A stretch of DNA of 47,573 nt from Terriglobia bacterium. Lineage in GTDB: Bacteria > Acidobacteriota > Terriglobia > Versatilivoradales > Versatilivoraceae. Location: contig DATKMG010000802.1 in the NCBI GenBank assembly GCA_035541995.1, positions 1 through 47,573 of the forward strand, written 5' to 3'. Below, piece after piece: positions 1 to 8,841 of this stretch. The translations under genes and the position numbers were made by a program. The stretch's first letter is position 1. Each line of letters opens with the position of its first letter. A model generated the notes under the pieces. It searched no databases, was not told where the DNA came from, and saw nothing but the letters and a program-made list of their open reading frames with translations.

Positions 1-1860
1 GGAGTCACCAAGATCAGTCAGATTTCCTTCTATTCGAAGGAGATGGAGCAGGCCGAGAACTTCCGCAAGATGTTTCTAGCAATGGTGGATGATATCCGGG
101 TTGTCCTGGTGAAACTGGCTGACCGGCTTCACAATATGCGCACCCTGCAGTTTCTCTCACCAGAGCGACAGCATAGCATTGCCCAGGAAACCATGGAGAT
201 TTATGCTCCCATTGCTCACCGGCTAGGAATGGGAAAACTGCGGGGTGAACTCGAGGACCTGGCATTCAGCTTCATGGAACCCGAAGCCTACCAGGAGATC
301 AAACAGGAAATCGAGAGCAAGCGCAAAGTCAGGGAGGAGTTTCTGGATGAAGTCAAGGAACTTATTGTTCAGAAGCTCCAGGAGCATGATACCCCTTGTA
401 CGGTCGAGTCACGGATAAAGCGCATATACAGTGTTTACCAGAAAGTTAAGCGACAGAAGATTTCCATCGAACAGGTCTATGATCTCATGGCCATCCGGAT
501 TATCACGGGCACAGTTCACGACTGTTACGCCGCCCTAGGGATCATCCACAACTTGTGGAGACCTGTTCCCGGCCGAATTAAGGATTTCATTGCCATTCCG
601 CGCCCCAACCTCTACCAGTCTCTCCATACTTCTGTTATTGGTCGTCACGGACAACCTTTTGAAGTGCAGATCCGAACCTCAGAAATGCATCGCATTGCTG
701 AGGAAGGTATTGCCGCACATTGGAAATACAAGACCGGCAAGGGTCTCGATGAGAAGGACGATCAACGCTTTCAGTGGCTCCGACAACTGGTAGAGTGGCA
801 ACAGGAAATGCAGGATCCTAGTGATTTCTTGAGTACACTGAAGTTCGATCTCTATCCGGAAGAAGTTTATGCCTTCACACCCAAGGGAAAGGTCATTATC
901 CTACCGCGCGATGCCACCCCTGTAGATTTTGCGTATGCCATCCACACTGAAGTGGGACACACTTGCATCGGGGCCAAGGTCAATGGCCGAATTTTGCCGC
1001 TTAAGTCAAAATTGAAGAATGGTGATATTGTGGAGATTCAGACCCAGCCTGGTCACACTCCAAGCCGAGACTGGTTGTCATTTATCAAGACGACTAAGGC
1101 CCGCAACAAAATCCGGCATTTCATCAATGTCAGCCAGAGGACGCGCTCCGTAGAGATCGGCAAAAAAATCCTGGAAAAGGAAGCGAGGAAGTTCAAAGTC
1201 AACCTCAAAAAACTGCTGGATGAGGGCCAGCTGATGAAGGTTGCGCCAGACTACGGTTGCACCAAGCTCGACGACATTTACTCGGCTCTAGGTTTTGGAA
1301 AAGTCTCCGCTAAAGTGCTTCTTAGCAAGCTCATCCCACAAGAAGAAATGCAGGAACCTCAGGAAGAGAAATTCTCCCGGCTGACCTCGGCGGTCAAGAA
1401 GGTTTTCGGAATTTCGTCGGACGCTGCGATTAAGGTCAAGGGAATCGACGACTTGTTGGTGTACCGGGCCAAATGCTGCAATCCGATTCGCGGTGAAGAA
1501 ATTGTTGGTTATATCACTCGGGGGAAAGGTGTGGCCGTACATGCCAAAAGATGTGCCAATGTTTCCAATCTGCTTTATGAAGCGGACCGCAGGATCGAAG
1601 TTCAATGGACGGGAGGTGGTGAGACTACTTTTGCCGTCAAGCTCTCTATTTCGGCGGAAGACCGTCAAGGACTGCTCGCTGAGATCACTTCAACCATTTC
1701 CGACACCCAAACCAATATCAAAAACATCGAAGCGCAAGCATTTGAGGACCATCGCGGAATGATTCATCTGACGATTGAGATCTCCGACCTCAAACATTTG
1801 GAGAAGGCCGTCCATTCGATTAAGAAAATACGCGGCGTGCACGAAGTAGAATGGCAGTGA
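1..1860 (+). CDS. Bifunctional (p)ppGpp synthetase/hydrolase RelA/SpoT family, 5'-partial (starts outside the window)
   Basis: Frame 1 is open from base 1. It shows the HD-domain tail (LADRLHNMRTL), a synthetase core (RIKRIYSVYQK, YQSLHTSVIG), a TGS region (ILPRDATPVDFAYAIHTEVG) and a C-terminal ACT-like region. Confidence 0.9.
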   Translation, partial: GVTKISQISFYSKEMEQAENFRKMFLAMVDDIRVVLVKLADRLHNMRTLQFLSPERQHSIAQETMEIYAPIAHRLGMGKLRGELEDLAFSFMEPEAYQEIKQEIESKRKVREEFLDEVKELIVQKLQEHDTPCTVESRIKRIYSVYQKVKRQKISIEQVYDLMAIRIITGTVHDCYAALGIIHNLWRPVPGRIKDFIAIPRPNLYQSLHTSVIGRHGQPFEVQIRTSEMHRIAEEGIAAHWKYKTGKGLDEKDDQRFQWLRQLVEWQQEMQDPSDFLSTLKFDLYPEEVYAFTPKGKVIILPRDATPVDFAYAIHTEVGHTCIGAKVNGRILPLKSKLKNGDIVEIQTQPGHTPSRDWLSFIKTTKARNKIRHFINVSQRTRSVEIGKKILEKEARKFKVNLKKLLDEGQLMKVAPDYGCTKLDDIYSALGFGKVSAKVLLSKLIPQEEMQEPQEEKFSRLTSAVKKVFGISSDAAIKVKGIDDLLVYRAKCCNPIRGEEIVGYITRGKGVAVHAKRCANVSNLLYEADRRIEVQWTGGGETTFAVKLSISAEDRQGLLAEITSTISDTQTNIKNIEAQAFEDHRGMIHLTIEISDLKHLEKAVHSIKKIRGVHEVEWQ

Positions 1861-2003
1861 GACCTGCAGAATAACTGTCTATAATTGAAGGCTGGGTATA
1901 AACCCTGGGGCGAGAGACCAAAATAGTCTCATCGTGGGAGAACTGGAGTGGGCCTCGTCGACTTATGCACAAGAACACACTCGCAACAAGTGAGCATTGC
2001 GAA

Positions 2004-2195
2004 TCAATGCGACTTAACAACCCGGCCGTCACGAATGCAGGAAGCACACACCCAGGCGCGCTTATGAATGCCGCTAACTATCACTCGGACTCTTTGCAGG
2101 TTGGGATTCCAGCGTCTTTTTGTGACATTATGGGCATGACTGACATTGTTTCCGAATAGTGGCCCTTTCCCACAGATTTCACAACGAGCCGCCAT
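2004..2195 (-). CDS. rpmB: 50S ribosomal protein L28
   Basis: The 63 aa product carries the L28 signature [26 protein letters not shown] (2201-2206, minus) lies 5 nt upstream of the ATG. Confidence 0.95.
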   Translation of the reverse strand: MAARCEICGKGPLFGNNVSHAHNVTKRRWNPNLQRVRVIVSGIHKRAWVCASCIRDGRVVKSH

Positions 2196-2567
2196 AAATG
2201 CCTCCTGATGAATAATTCAAAAACAAGTAATCTAGCAGAATCCGTCCAGCTGGTCAAACCAAACTGCGCGTTTTTAGTAAAGACGTGGTCAAAGGGGGAA
2301 TCGGCTCCGTCAGGAGCCAAAGGTTGATATTGCAAGGCAGACATCATTCCATTGATCTCCGCCGTCCGGACGGTGCGGGGTGAAAACCCGCATTCCGTGC
2401 CGCTCGAACGGCGGGCCTCTTCGGGGGTCTCCTTAATCTACAAACAGGGGACTCCTAACTAAGGGAGCCCTCACCGATGACCCATTTCAATAGTACCGCC
2501 AGCTCGCCTCGAGCCCGCAGCGGCGGGATGTTGTCGGAAAAGAGGGGCGATAAACGGGATTAAGTTC

Positions 2568-3722
2568 ATGTCTCATTTGACTCTCGGAATCGAGTCTTCT
2601 TGTGACGAGACTGCAGCAGCGGTCCTCAGAGACGGGAGTGACGTCCTATCGAATGTCGTGGCTTCCCAAGTGTCGGTTCACCGTAAGTATGGAGGCGTCG
2701 TCCCGGAGCTAGCCTCCCGCCACCATCTGCAGAACATCTCGTATGTCGTCAAGGGGGCCCTTGAAGATGCGGGAATACTTCAGGAAGACCTGAATAGTAT
2801 TGCGGTAACCCAGGGCCCAGGGTTGGTGGGATCGCTGCTAGTGGGAATCAACTACGCGAAAGCTCTTAGCTATGCCTTAAAGGTGCCTCTGATAGCGGTC
2901 AATCATCTTGAAGGGCACATCTATTCTGTCCCTCTGCAATTGGCTGGAGGAGAGGAGGGAACCCAAGTCCCTTGGTCCGAATGGAATCGTCTCTATCCAT
3001 CATTGGTGCTGGTTGTATCAGGCGGACACACCAGCTTGTTTCATGTCGGGCAGCTCGGAACTGATGATAAGCACGCTGGGGTCTACCAGCTGATCGGTCG
3101 GACTCGAGATGATGCTGCCGGAGAGGCCTTTGACAAAGTCGCGAAATTATTGGGTCTCGGTTATCCGGGTGGTCCGGTGATCGACAGGCTGGCCAGGAAA
3201 GGAAGCCCCAGCTCCGTCCGATTTTCCTCGACCAAGATCAGTGATGGCCGCCTTGACTTCAGCTTCTCTGGAATAAAGACTGCAGTGCTGCGGCATGTTC
3301 AGTCCAACCTCTCATTGGAGCTGGTAATGGTACGCAACCGTCAGCACGATTCGGGCTTCCTCAACCATCTTCCCCAACCTATCTATGATCTGGTCGCAAG
3401 CTTCCAACAGACTGTGGTGGACACCTTGCTCGACCAAGTTCTTCGAGCTGCAGAGATTTTCCGCCCACGCACTATCATGGTCGCGGGCGGGGTTGCCTCG
3501 AATAGTCAACTTCGGGCCCGCTTCACTGCGGCATTTCGAGAGGAAGCCTTACCTGTCTACTTTCCGTCCCCCATACTATCCACCGATAATGCTGCGATGA
3601 TTGCCGCCGCTGGATATCCAAAATTCCTGGCCCGCAATTTTGCTGACATGACGCTGAATGCTGATGTCCACTTGAAGTTGGGAACACCAGCGATGCTCCC
3701 TTGGCCCTTTCCTAGACCATAG
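2568..3722 (+). CDS. tsaD: tRNA N6-adenosine threonylcarbamoyltransferase TsaD (Kae1/Gcp family)
   Basis: The N-terminus [14 protein letters not shown], the SGGHT motif and the ASKHA-fold layout are typical of TsaD. Confidence 0.92.
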   Translation: MSHLTLGIESSCDETAAAVLRDGSDVLSNVVASQVSVHRKYGGVVPELASRHHLQNISYVVKGALEDAGILQEDLNSIAVTQGPGLVGSLLVGINYAKALSYALKVPLIAVNHLEGHIYSVPLQLAGGEEGTQVPWSEWNRLYPSLVLVVSGGHTSLFHVGQLGTDDKHAGVYQLIGRTRDDAAGEAFDKVAKLLGLGYPGGPVIDRLARKGSPSSVRFSSTKISDGRLDFSFSGIKTAVLRHVQSNLSLELVMVRNRQHDSGFLNHLPQPIYDLVASFQQTVVDTLLDQVLRAAEIFRPRTIMVAGGVASNSQLRARFTAAFREEALPVYFPSPILSTDNAAMIAAAGYPKFLARNFADMTLNADVHLKLGTPAMLPWPFPRP

Positions 3723-3872
3723 TGGCGATTCGACCCCGAAAGAACAGGCTTAAGAATCGTGGCTTCCATTTCATCGATCGAACAGATCCCTATGCAGAAT
3801 TGCCTGCGATTTATCCAATTACCTCTTAGTTGATCGGTTGTGTTTTGAGGGGAATTCGATTAGATTTACGCC

Positions 3873-5201
3873 ATGCTTGCGCAACTCAAGTGTATTGAAG
3901 AAAGCTGCCAGGGGATTATGCCCGCCTCTAGCAAGGCCTATGTCTGTCCACGTTGTGGAGGACTGTTAGATGTGGTTTACGATTTTCAAATCACCGACCC
4001 TGAAGCGCTGAAACGAGAGTTTCGACAACGCCGGCTGTCAGATGACCCGTTGGATATGAGTGGTGTCTGGCGCTATCGTGAGCTTCTGCCCTTCTGCACT
4101 GATTTGACTAAAGTGGTCACAATGCAGGAAGGCAAGACTCCTATATTTGATGCCCCGCGTTGCGCCGAATATACCGGACTGAAGAAACTCTGGCTGAAGC
4201 ACCAGGGTTTGAATCCGACTGGATCCTTTAAAGACAACGGCATGACGGCGGGAGTGACTCAGGCTCGCCTGATGAACTCCAGGATCGTAGCTTGCGCCAG
4301 TACCGGCAATACCTCAGCTTCTATGGCTGCTTACGCAGCTCGGTCTTGCCTCAAAGCAGTTATCTTCATTCCTGACCAACAGATAGCTTTTGGAAAGCTC
4401 TCGCAGAGCCTGGATTACGGAGCCCTCACTCTACAGATCCAGGGTGATTTCGACGAAGCCATGAGACTGGTGAAGGAAATCACCGAAGAGACCGATGTCT
4501 ACCTGCTGAATTCCATCAATCCCTTCCGGCTGGAAGGGCAGAAAGCGATCATCATTGAAATGCTCGACCAGCGAGGCTGGGCCATACCGGACCGAGTTGT
4601 GGTTCCAGGCGGGAACTTAGGAAACAGTTCGTCCTTTGGAAAGGCCATCAAGGAGCTTTATGACCTTGGGTTCATCAACAAAATGCCGATGGTTACTATC
4701 ATTCAGGCCCAGCGGGCCAATCCGCTATACCGAACCTTGATCTACCATTCTCCCCGTCTGATTCCGATGGAGGCCCATACGCTTGCCACAGCCATCAAGA
4801 TCGGGAACCCGGTATCCTGGAAGAAAGCTGTGCGTGCCATGGACTGGACTAATGGTTGGTGCGACGTAGTCAGCGAACAGGAAATCGCCGACGCTAAGGC
4901 CATGATCGGACGTGACGGTGTGGGCTGTGAACCGGCCTCCGCCACGACGGTTGCTGGAATCAAAAAACTGATACAGACCGGTGAGATCGATAAGGACGAG
5001 GACGTCGTGGCGGTTCTGACAGGAAACCTATTGAAAGACCCCGACTATACTGTCAATTACCACCAGGATTCCCTCTATGAGAAGGCAATCTATCGTAACG
5101 AACTCGTCGAACGCCAGGGCAAGATTCAATCCACCTTTGCCAACGCCCCTATCAAGATTAAACCTTCCAAACAAGAGATTCTGAGGACCATAGGTGTCTG
5201 A
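3873..5201 (+). CDS. thrC: Threonine synthase with an N-terminal Cys4 zinc-ribbon
   Basis: The PLP-lysine motif GSFKDNGMT and a fold-type II PLP layout are present. The N-terminus carries CIEESC...CPRCGG. Confidence 0.88.
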   Translation: MLAQLKCIEESCQGIMPASSKAYVCPRCGGLLDVVYDFQITDPEALKREFRQRRLSDDPLDMSGVWRYRELLPFCTDLTKVVTMQEGKTPIFDAPRCAEYTGLKKLWLKHQGLNPTGSFKDNGMTAGVTQARLMNSRIVACASTGNTSASMAAYAARSCLKAVIFIPDQQIAFGKLSQSLDYGALTLQIQGDFDEAMRLVKEITEETDVYLLNSINPFRLEGQKAIIIEMLDQRGWAIPDRVVVPGGNLGNSSSFGKAIKELYDLGFINKMPMVTIIQAQRANPLYRTLIYHSPRLIPMEAHTLATAIKIGNPVSWKKAVRAMDWTNGWCDVVSEQEIADAKAMIGRDGVGCEPASATTVAGIKKLIQTGEIDKDEDVVAVLTGNLLKDPDYTVNYHQDSLYEKAIYRNELVERQGKIQSTFANAPIKIKPSKQEILRTIGV

Positions 5202-5441
5202 GCATTCTGTGCGGCTGACCGCCAGGAAGAGGGAATAGCCCCGGAGCCTGTTCTTGGTGATTCTCCACGGGGTTGTGGCTTGTTATTCTGACACTAATTC
5301 CTGGACTGGAATTCTTTGGTGTATTGACTTGCCTGATTGACCTTGGGGGGAGTGCAGTATCTTTGGCAAAATCCGCTACAGGTCTGGAGAGAATATGAAA
5401 CGGGAGGTTGATGTTGCTCGTTATGCCGGTCGGGCAAGGAT

Positions 5442-5466
5442 CGCTGCTTCCCCAGCGCATTTTTTG
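5442..5466 (+). terminator. Weak intrinsic-terminator-like hairpin
   Basis: CGCTG-CTTCCC-CAGCG is followed by CATTTTTTG. The stem is only 5 bp, so this is tentative. Confidence 0.3.
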
Positions 5467-5633
5467 CTTAAGTATTCCTAAACCATCTGGTATATTTAGT
5501 GGAAAAGGGACTTCCGTAAATCGAATGAGATGATGGAAGGAGTCCTGGGTCTCGGGCTTGATGACGTATTTTCTGAAACAAAGGGCGGGTAGCACATGTT
5601 AGGGATGTTAATTTTAATCGTGGAGGAATGTTT

Positions 5634-5867
5634 TTGCTCACTATTCGACTAACCCGAATGGGTACAAAGAAGAAGCCAGCTTACCGGGTTGTGGTTATCG
5701 AGAAGTCCAAGGCGCGGGACGGCAGGTTCCTTGAGGTCTTGGGACACTATAATCCGAAACGGGATGGAACGGTGGTCGATCTGAAGAAAGAAAAATACGA
5801 CTATTGGATTTCCAAAGGGGCACAACCCAGTGAGACGGTAAGGAGTCTTGTGAGAAAAGTCAGCTAA
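5634..5867 (+). CDS. rpsP: 30S ribosomal protein S16
   Basis: A TTG start at 5634 gives MLTIRLTRMGTKKKPAYRVVV, colinear with the canonical S16 N-terminus. GGAGGA (5622-5627) lies 6 nt upstream. The ATG at 5628 in the ORF track abuts the RBS and is less likely. Confidence 0.93.
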   Translation: MLTIRLTRMGTKKKPAYRVVVIEKSKARDGRFLEVLGHYNPKRDGTVVDLKKEKYDYWISKGAQPSETVRSLVRKVS

Positions 5868-5948
5868 TCGACGCACGCAGCTGCTTCCTGCCAAGCGGAT
5901 TCTCAACCCTTCATCACGCTTTGAACTGACCATCACCTGGAGGTGGCT

Positions 5949-6179
5949 ATGAAAGAGCTAATTGAACAGATTGCGAAAGCGCTGGTGGACAATCCTGATC
6001 AAGTCTCGGTCAGACCGATCGAAGGTGAGCAGACCACTGTTCTTGAGCTGAGAGTGGCCCAGAGTGATTTGGGAAAAGTAATTGGCAAGCAGGGGCGAAC
6101 AGCACGCTCGATCAGAACCATCCTCGGTGCAGCGGGAATGAAGCTAAAGAAGCGTTTTACCTTGGAGATTCTGGAGTAA
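5949..6179 (+). CDS. KH-domain RNA-binding protein (UPF0109/YlqC-like)
   Basis: The GxxG KH motif [13 protein letters not shown] is present, and the gene holds the conserved position between rpsP and rimM. GGAGG (5939-5943) lies 5 nt before the ATG at 5949. Confidence 0.85.
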   Translation: MKELIEQIAKALVDNPDQVSVRPIEGEQTTVLELRVAQSDLGKVIGKQGRTARSIRTILGAAGMKLKKRFTLEILE

Positions 6180-6187
6180 TTAGGACA

Positions 6188-6712
6188 TTGGCCGGACCCC
6201 GGTATCTCTCTATTGCCAAAATCCTCCGGAGCAGAGGTAACCGGGGCGAAGTCACAGCTGAAATACTCACGGACTTTCCGAAGCGCTTCGAGATCCTCAA
6301 ATCCCAAGAAATCTCACTCTGGAAGGAAAACGCACATCCGTTTCACCTAACCCTTGAGTCCTACTGGTTCCATAGAAACAGGATAATCCTGAAATTCCAT
6401 GGAGTAAGTTCGATCTCAGACGCTGAAGCTCTGCGAGACTATGAACTTCAGATTCCACGCGACGAGGCAGTTTCGCTCCCGAAAGGAGCTTACTTCCAAT
6501 TCGATCTCTTGGGATGCGCTGTGAAGGACCCCAGCGGCACCACTTACGGTGAGGTAAAGGAGGTAATCGAGCAGAGATCAGGTTATCTTCTGAAGGTCGA
6601 GTCGAAGGAGCGAGAGATCCTGATTCCGTTTGCGGAGGAGTGGGTGGTTCGAATCGACATTGAGGCCAAGGAACTCGTCCTCAACCTCCCAGAGGGGCTT
6701 GTGGACATTTGA
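6188..6712 (+). CDS. rimM: 16S rRNA processing protein RimM
   Basis: The product contains RGNRGEVTAEILTDFPKRF (RimM N-domain) and a PRC-barrel-like C-terminus. The operon context is rpsP-KH-rimM-trmD, and the start is TTG. Confidence 0.88.
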   Translation: MAGPRYLSIAKILRSRGNRGEVTAEILTDFPKRFEILKSQEISLWKENAHPFHLTLESYWFHRNRIILKFHGVSSISDAEALRDYELQIPRDEAVSLPKGAYFQFDLLGCAVKDPSGTTYGEVKEVIEQRSGYLLKVESKEREILIPFAEEWVVRIDIEAKELVLNLPEGLVDI

Positions 6713-6745
6713 GACTTCTCGCCCCTTCCCTTTAATTCCAAGGCC

Positions 6746-7522
6746 ATGAGTCTTCTCCACTTCGATATTGTCACCATTTTTCCCGGTTTCTTTGCGGGAC
6801 CCTTAGACTTCGGCATGGTTAAGCAAGCACAAAAGAAGGGAAGGATTACCGTGTCGATTCATGATCTGAGGGCCTTTGCCACCGACAGGCACAAGTCGGT
6901 GGACGACCGGCCCTTCGGGGGGGGCGAAGGCATGGTCTTGAAGCCGGAACCGCTATTCCGTGCTGTGGAACACATTTACGCGGCAAGACCTGGATCGAAT
7001 CGGCGTGTGATTTTGCTCTCCCCGCAGGGACGTAAGCTTGGTCAATCCGTGGCCCTTGAGCTATCCCGCTGCCTACAATTAACCCTGATCTGCGGACGAT
7101 ATGAGGGGGTCGATGAACGAGTGGCGGAGTACTTGGCCACCGATGAGGTCTCCATTGGTGATTACATCTTGACGGGGGGAGAGTTGGCCGCGTGTGTCAT
7201 CCTTGATGCAGTGACCCGGTTGATTCCCGGGGTCTTGCACAACGAGTCAAGCGCGCAAAAAGACTCCTTTGGGCCAGCGTTGGGCTCTAGGAGTACTCAT
7301 TTGGAAACCCCTTTGTTGGATTGCCCCCACTACACACGGCCAGAGGTTTTTAGAGAGATGAGAGTCCCGGAGGTCCTCCTGTCCGGTGATCACTCCAGGA
7401 TCCAAACCTGGCGCAATCGGAAGGCTTTAGAAAAGACTTTGAAGAATCGACCGGATCTATTAAAATATCAAAGTTTGTCTGAATCGGAAAGAGCATTACT
7501 AGAAGTCGAAAGCGAGTTCTGA
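6746..7522 (+). CDS. trmD: tRNA (guanine37-N1)-methyltransferase
   Basis: FDIVTIFPGFF, GRYEGVDERV and IGDYILTGGE are TrmD SPOUT-knot motifs. Confidence 0.93.
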   Translation: MSLLHFDIVTIFPGFFAGPLDFGMVKQAQKKGRITVSIHDLRAFATDRHKSVDDRPFGGGEGMVLKPEPLFRAVEHIYAARPGSNRRVILLSPQGRKLGQSVALELSRCLQLTLICGRYEGVDERVAEYLATDEVSIGDYILTGGELAACVILDAVTRLIPGVLHNESSAQKDSFGPALGSRSTHLETPLLDCPHYTRPEVFREMRVPEVLLSGDHSRIQTWRNRKALEKTLKNRPDLLKYQSLSESERALLEVESEF

Positions 7523-7544
7523 ATTAGTATTCTGAGGTACGAGC

Positions 7545-7892
7545 ATGAACCCGTTAAGTGCCATTGAAAAAAAGGAATTGCGGGCTGACGTCCCCGAGTT
7601 TGGGGTAGGTGACACGGTCCGGGTCCACGTCAAGATCAAGGAAGGCGATAAAGAACGCATTCAGGTTTTTGAAGGGATTGTTATTGCCTACAAACGAGGT
7701 GACACTCGTTCGACCTTCACAGTTAGAAAGACCTCGTTTGGGCAGGGAGTTGAACGAATTTTCCCCCTTCATTCTCCAGTGATCGACAAGATTGAGTTGG
7801 CCCGGAAGGGCCGAGTCCGCAGAGCTAAGCTTTATTACCTCCGCAATTTGAAGGGGAAGGCTGCACGGATTAAGGAAGTGAAGGCCAGTTAG
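7545..7892 (+). CDS. rplS: 50S ribosomal protein L19
   Basis: [26 protein letters not shown] and RRAKLYYLR are L19 signatures. Confidence 0.95.
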   Translation: MNPLSAIEKKELRADVPEFGVGDTVRVHVKIKEGDKERIQVFEGIVIAYKRGDTRSTFTVRKTSFGQGVERIFPLHSPVIDKIELARKGRVRRAKLYYLRNLKGKAARIKEVKAS

Positions 7893-7991
7893 AAACTGCA
7901 GGGTGTTTCCTCTCGAAGGTTAGTTCTTGGTATTGCGAGGACTAGCCTTTTTTTCATTTCTCCGGTCAGACATTCGACCGGCTTAGCCCGG

Positions 7992-8681
7992 ATGAACAAT
8001 TCCGCTCTATTTGACTGGATACCTGACTCTCCGCTCTGTTGTGACCTGAGGTTCGAGTCGTCAGCTATGGCGGAAGGATACTTTAGAATCGCCGGGATTG
8101 ATGAAGTTGGAAGAGGCGCGCTTTTTGGTCCGGTTTGCGCGGGTGCCGTTGTTTTCGATCTGGACCGGGTCCCTTCGGGTATCGATGATTCCAAGAAACT
8201 CAGTGTTAAGCAAAGGGAGCGATTGGCCGAAAACATAAGAGAAGCGGCTCTGGATTTTTCCATTGCCTTTGTGGCGGCCACCACGATCGACAGAATAAAC
8301 ATCTTGGAAGCAACAAAAGAGGCCATGCGGCTAGCCCTTCGAGGACTCAAGCAGCAGCCGGAAATCATTCTTTGCGATGGTCTGTTCATTGATGGGATCA
8401 CAATTCCTCAGAGGCGAATTATTAAGGGGGACGCCCGCTCAATGTCAATCGGGGCTGCCTCCATTCTGGCCAAGGTGGAGCGTGATCGGCTCATTACAGG
8501 CCTGGCCGCCCAATACCCAGGTTATGATCTAGCGAGAAACAAAGGCTATGGGACTGACCGGCACTTGGAAGGGCTCAAACGGCTAGGCCCTACTCCCCTA
8601 CATCGCCTAACGTTTCGTGGGGTGTGTCCGGAGGGCGATCGAGTGGAGAGAGCAAGCCAGATTCAACTCGGAAGGTTTTAG
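7992..8681 (+). CDS. rnhB: Ribonuclease HII
   Basis: The active-site motif GIDEVGRGALFGPV and DSKKLS are present. The start is uncertain, because an internal Met at about 8067 is also possible. Confidence 0.88.
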   Translation: MNNSALFDWIPDSPLCCDLRFESSAMAEGYFRIAGIDEVGRGALFGPVCAGAVVFDLDRVPSGIDDSKKLSVKQRERLAENIREAALDFSIAFVAATTIDRINILEATKEAMRLALRGLKQQPEIILCDGLFIDGITIPQRRIIKGDARSMSIGAASILAKVERDRLITGLAAQYPGYDLARNKGYGTDRHLEGLKRLGPTPLHRLTFRGVCPEGDRVERASQIQLGRF

Positions 8682-8841
8682 AGCGGCTGGCACAATAGCC
8701 TAGGGGGAGCCCAAGGTCTTACGGTTCGTACCCAGTCCCGGTCAACTCTGGCGGGTTCGGACGCATGTGGTCCGAACCTTTGGAGGTAACCATATCAATG
8801 TTTGGGCGGACTTTTAGCTCAGTCAGGGAGAAGGTTGAGGG

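Noticed and set aside
5158-5595. A 145 aa minus-strand ORF filling the thrC-rpsP spacer.
   Set aside because: It has no RBS, its composition is P/S/H-rich and non-protein-like, it overlaps the thrC 3' end, and it shows no recognisable domain.
8688-8705. TGGCAC, as a possible sigma-54 -24 element upstream of the TPR gene. Similar TGGCAC occurrences lie near 19177 and 25588.
   Set aside because: The -12 TTGC element is missing at the required spacing in every case.
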